Below are positions 62,862 to 64,000 of a stretch of DNA of 64,000 nucleotides, piece after piece; position 1 is the stretch's first letter, and each line of letters opens with the position of its first letter. The stretch is from an uncultured Acidobacteriota bacterium. GTDB taxonomy: Bacteria > Acidobacteriota > Polarisedimenticolia > Polarisedimenticolales > DASRJG01. The notes beneath the pieces are model-generated. The model saw nothing but the letters and a program-made list of their open reading frames with translations, made no database searches and was not told where the DNA came from. Location: positions 64,339 to 128,338 of the forward strand of contig CAZEII010000004.1 in assembly GCA_964511835.1 (NCBI GenBank). The letters run 5' to 3'. The position numbers and the translations under genes were made by a program.

Positions 62862-63349
62862 CGGCGGGTGGCGCGCTTGAATTTTTCGGCGAGCGCCTTC
62901 GCCGCCGCTTCGGGAACCAGCCCCGAGATGTCCCCTCCCAGCCGCGCGACCTCGCGGACCAGGCGGCTGGAGACGTAGGAGAATGCCTCGTTCGGCATGA
63001 AGAACGCCGTCTCGAGGTCGGGGGCGAGACGGCGGTTCATCATCGCCATCTGCAGCTCGTACTCGAAATCCGAGACGGCGCGCAGCCCGCGGAGGATCAG
63101 GGTGGCCTTGGTCCGCTTGGCGTAGTCGACCAGGAGGCCGTCGAAATCGTCGACGACGACGTTCTTCCAAGGCGCCACGGCGTCGCGCAACAGCGCCGCG
63201 CGCTCCTCGACCGTGAACAGGGCTCGCTTGTCCTCGTTGCGCAGGATCGCGATGATCAGCCGGTCGACCTGCTTGGCTCCCCGCTCGACGAGGTCGAGGT
63301 GTCCGAAGGTCACGGGGTCGAACGTCCCCGGGTAGACGGCGATGCGCAT
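62858..63349 (-). CDS. coaD: phosphopantetheine adenylyltransferase (163 aa)
   Basis: MRIAVYPGTFDPVTFGHLD...RGLRAVSDFEYE....M....L...ETAFFM....SYVSS signature. Confidence 0.96.
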   Translation of the reverse strand: MRIAVYPGTFDPVTFGHLDLVERGAKQVDRLIIAILRNEDKRALFTVEERAALLRDAVAPWKNVVVDDFDGLLVDYAKRTKATLILRGLRAVSDFEYELQMAMMNRRLAPDLETAFFMPNEAFSYVSSRLVREVARLGGDISGLVPEAAAKALAEKFKRATRR

Positions 63350-63353
63350 CCGG

Positions 63354-64000
63354 TCAGCTCCTCCTCGCCTCGGCCAGCAGCGCCGCGGCGTTCTCTCGCG
63401 ACGCCTCCGTCGCCTTCCGCCCTCCGAGCATGCGGGCCAGCTCGTCCACCCGCGCTTCGCCGGTCAGGGGCTCGACCTCCGTGTGCGTGCGCCCGGCGGC
63501 GACGCGCTTCGCGACATGGTAGTGGCCGTGTGCGAACGCCGCGACCTGGGGGAGGTGCGTGACGCAGAGAACCTGGTGGCGCGTCGCGAGCTTGGCGAGC
63601 CTCGCACCGACGGCGACCGCGACGCTTCCCGAGACCCCCGCGTCGACTTCGTCGAAGACGAGCACGCGGCCGGGGGAGGCGGTCTCGAGGACGGCGTGGA
63701 GGGCGAGCATCAATCGGGACAGCTCCCCCCCCGACGCGGCGCGGCCGATCGGCCGCGCGGGCTCGCCGGGGTTTGGCGCCAGGAAGAATTCGGCTCGCTC
63801 GGCGCCGGTCGCGCTCAGGGGATCACGTGACGGTGTCAGCACCACTTCGAACTTGGCCTTCTCGAACGCGAGCGGCCTGAGCTCGGCTTCGACGGCCGGT
63901 CCGAGCCCGAAGGCCGCCACCGCGCGCCGCCTGGAAAGAACGCGCGCGGCGACGTCGTACGCGGAACGCGCCCGGGCGACCTCGCCCTGCGCGGCGCTCA
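63354..64000 (-). CDS. recN: DNA repair protein RecN, C-terminal ~215 aa; 5' end lies beyond window end
   Basis: SGGELSRLMLAL is the ABC/SMC signature. LVFDEVDAGV is Walker B. QVLCVTHLPQVAA is the H-loop. The frame is open upstream of the track start (63920) to position 64000. Confidence 0.9.
   Translation of the reverse strand, partial: SAAQGEVARARSAYDVAARVLSRRRAVAAFGLGPAVEAELRPLAFEKAKFEVVLTPSRDPLSATGAERAEFFLAPNPGEPARPIGRAASGGELSRLMLALHAVLETASPGRVLVFDEVDAGVSGSVAVAVGARLAKLATRHQVLCVTHLPQVAAFAHGHYHVAKRVAAGRTHTEVEPLTGEARVDELARMLGGRKATEASRENAAALLAEARRS

Overview
This is 64 kb of a very GC-rich (about 68-70% by eye), extremely gene-dense bacterial chromosome of Gram-negative type (secretin, lipoproteins, SPOR domain, sigma-54). 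The phylum cannot be fixed without a database search; Acidobacteriota- or Myxococcota-like is only a guess.

I call 59 protein genes (one is a 36-aa candidate), one tRNA-Leu(CAA), one programmed frameshift and several motif-level promoters. I saw no rRNA, CRISPR, transposase, integrase or phage genes. About 90% of genes are on the minus strand. Many are chained by 1-4 nt start/stop overlaps (ATGA, GTGA, TTGA), and roughly a third use GTG or TTG starts.

Because of the GC content, the six-frame track is full of long stop-free antisense shadow ORFs and 5' over-extended ORFs. I re-derived starts by hand from stop/start overlaps, Shine-Dalgarno (SD) sequences and family-typical N-termini.

Content:
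- (i) 938-13573 is a 14-gene type IV filament operon headed by an ECF sigma / anti-sigma pair. It combines T2SS-type pseudopilins with PilM/N/O/P-type alignment proteins. Its secretin carries an N-terminal lipoprotein-TPR module and a C-terminal Pro-rich linker plus cohesin-like domain. This is the most unusual system in the window.
- (ii) Housekeeping blocks: lon, hsp20, nrdR, carD, pepF, gpsA, plsY, cinA, alaS, recX, pilT, rsmE, prmA, dnaJ, dnaK, grpE, hrcA, prfB, coaD, recN.
- (iii) Accessory items:
  - a sigma-54 promoter with a 36-aa hydrophobic ORF ahead of an NtrC-type two-component pair;
  - an exported 8-heme cytochrome fused to HEAT and TPR repeats;
  - three paralogous alkaline-phosphatase-superfamily/TPR lipoproteins with a Thr-type (NPP-like) nucleophile motif;
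  - a HEAT / S8 protease / AP-TPR operon;
  - a lower-GC islet with an orphan Cys-rich lipoprotein;
  - an NfeD / SPFH / GGDEF / SPOR chain.

All family calls come from reading motifs by eye. No BLAST or HMM search was possible, and coordinates of starts are less certain than those of stops.
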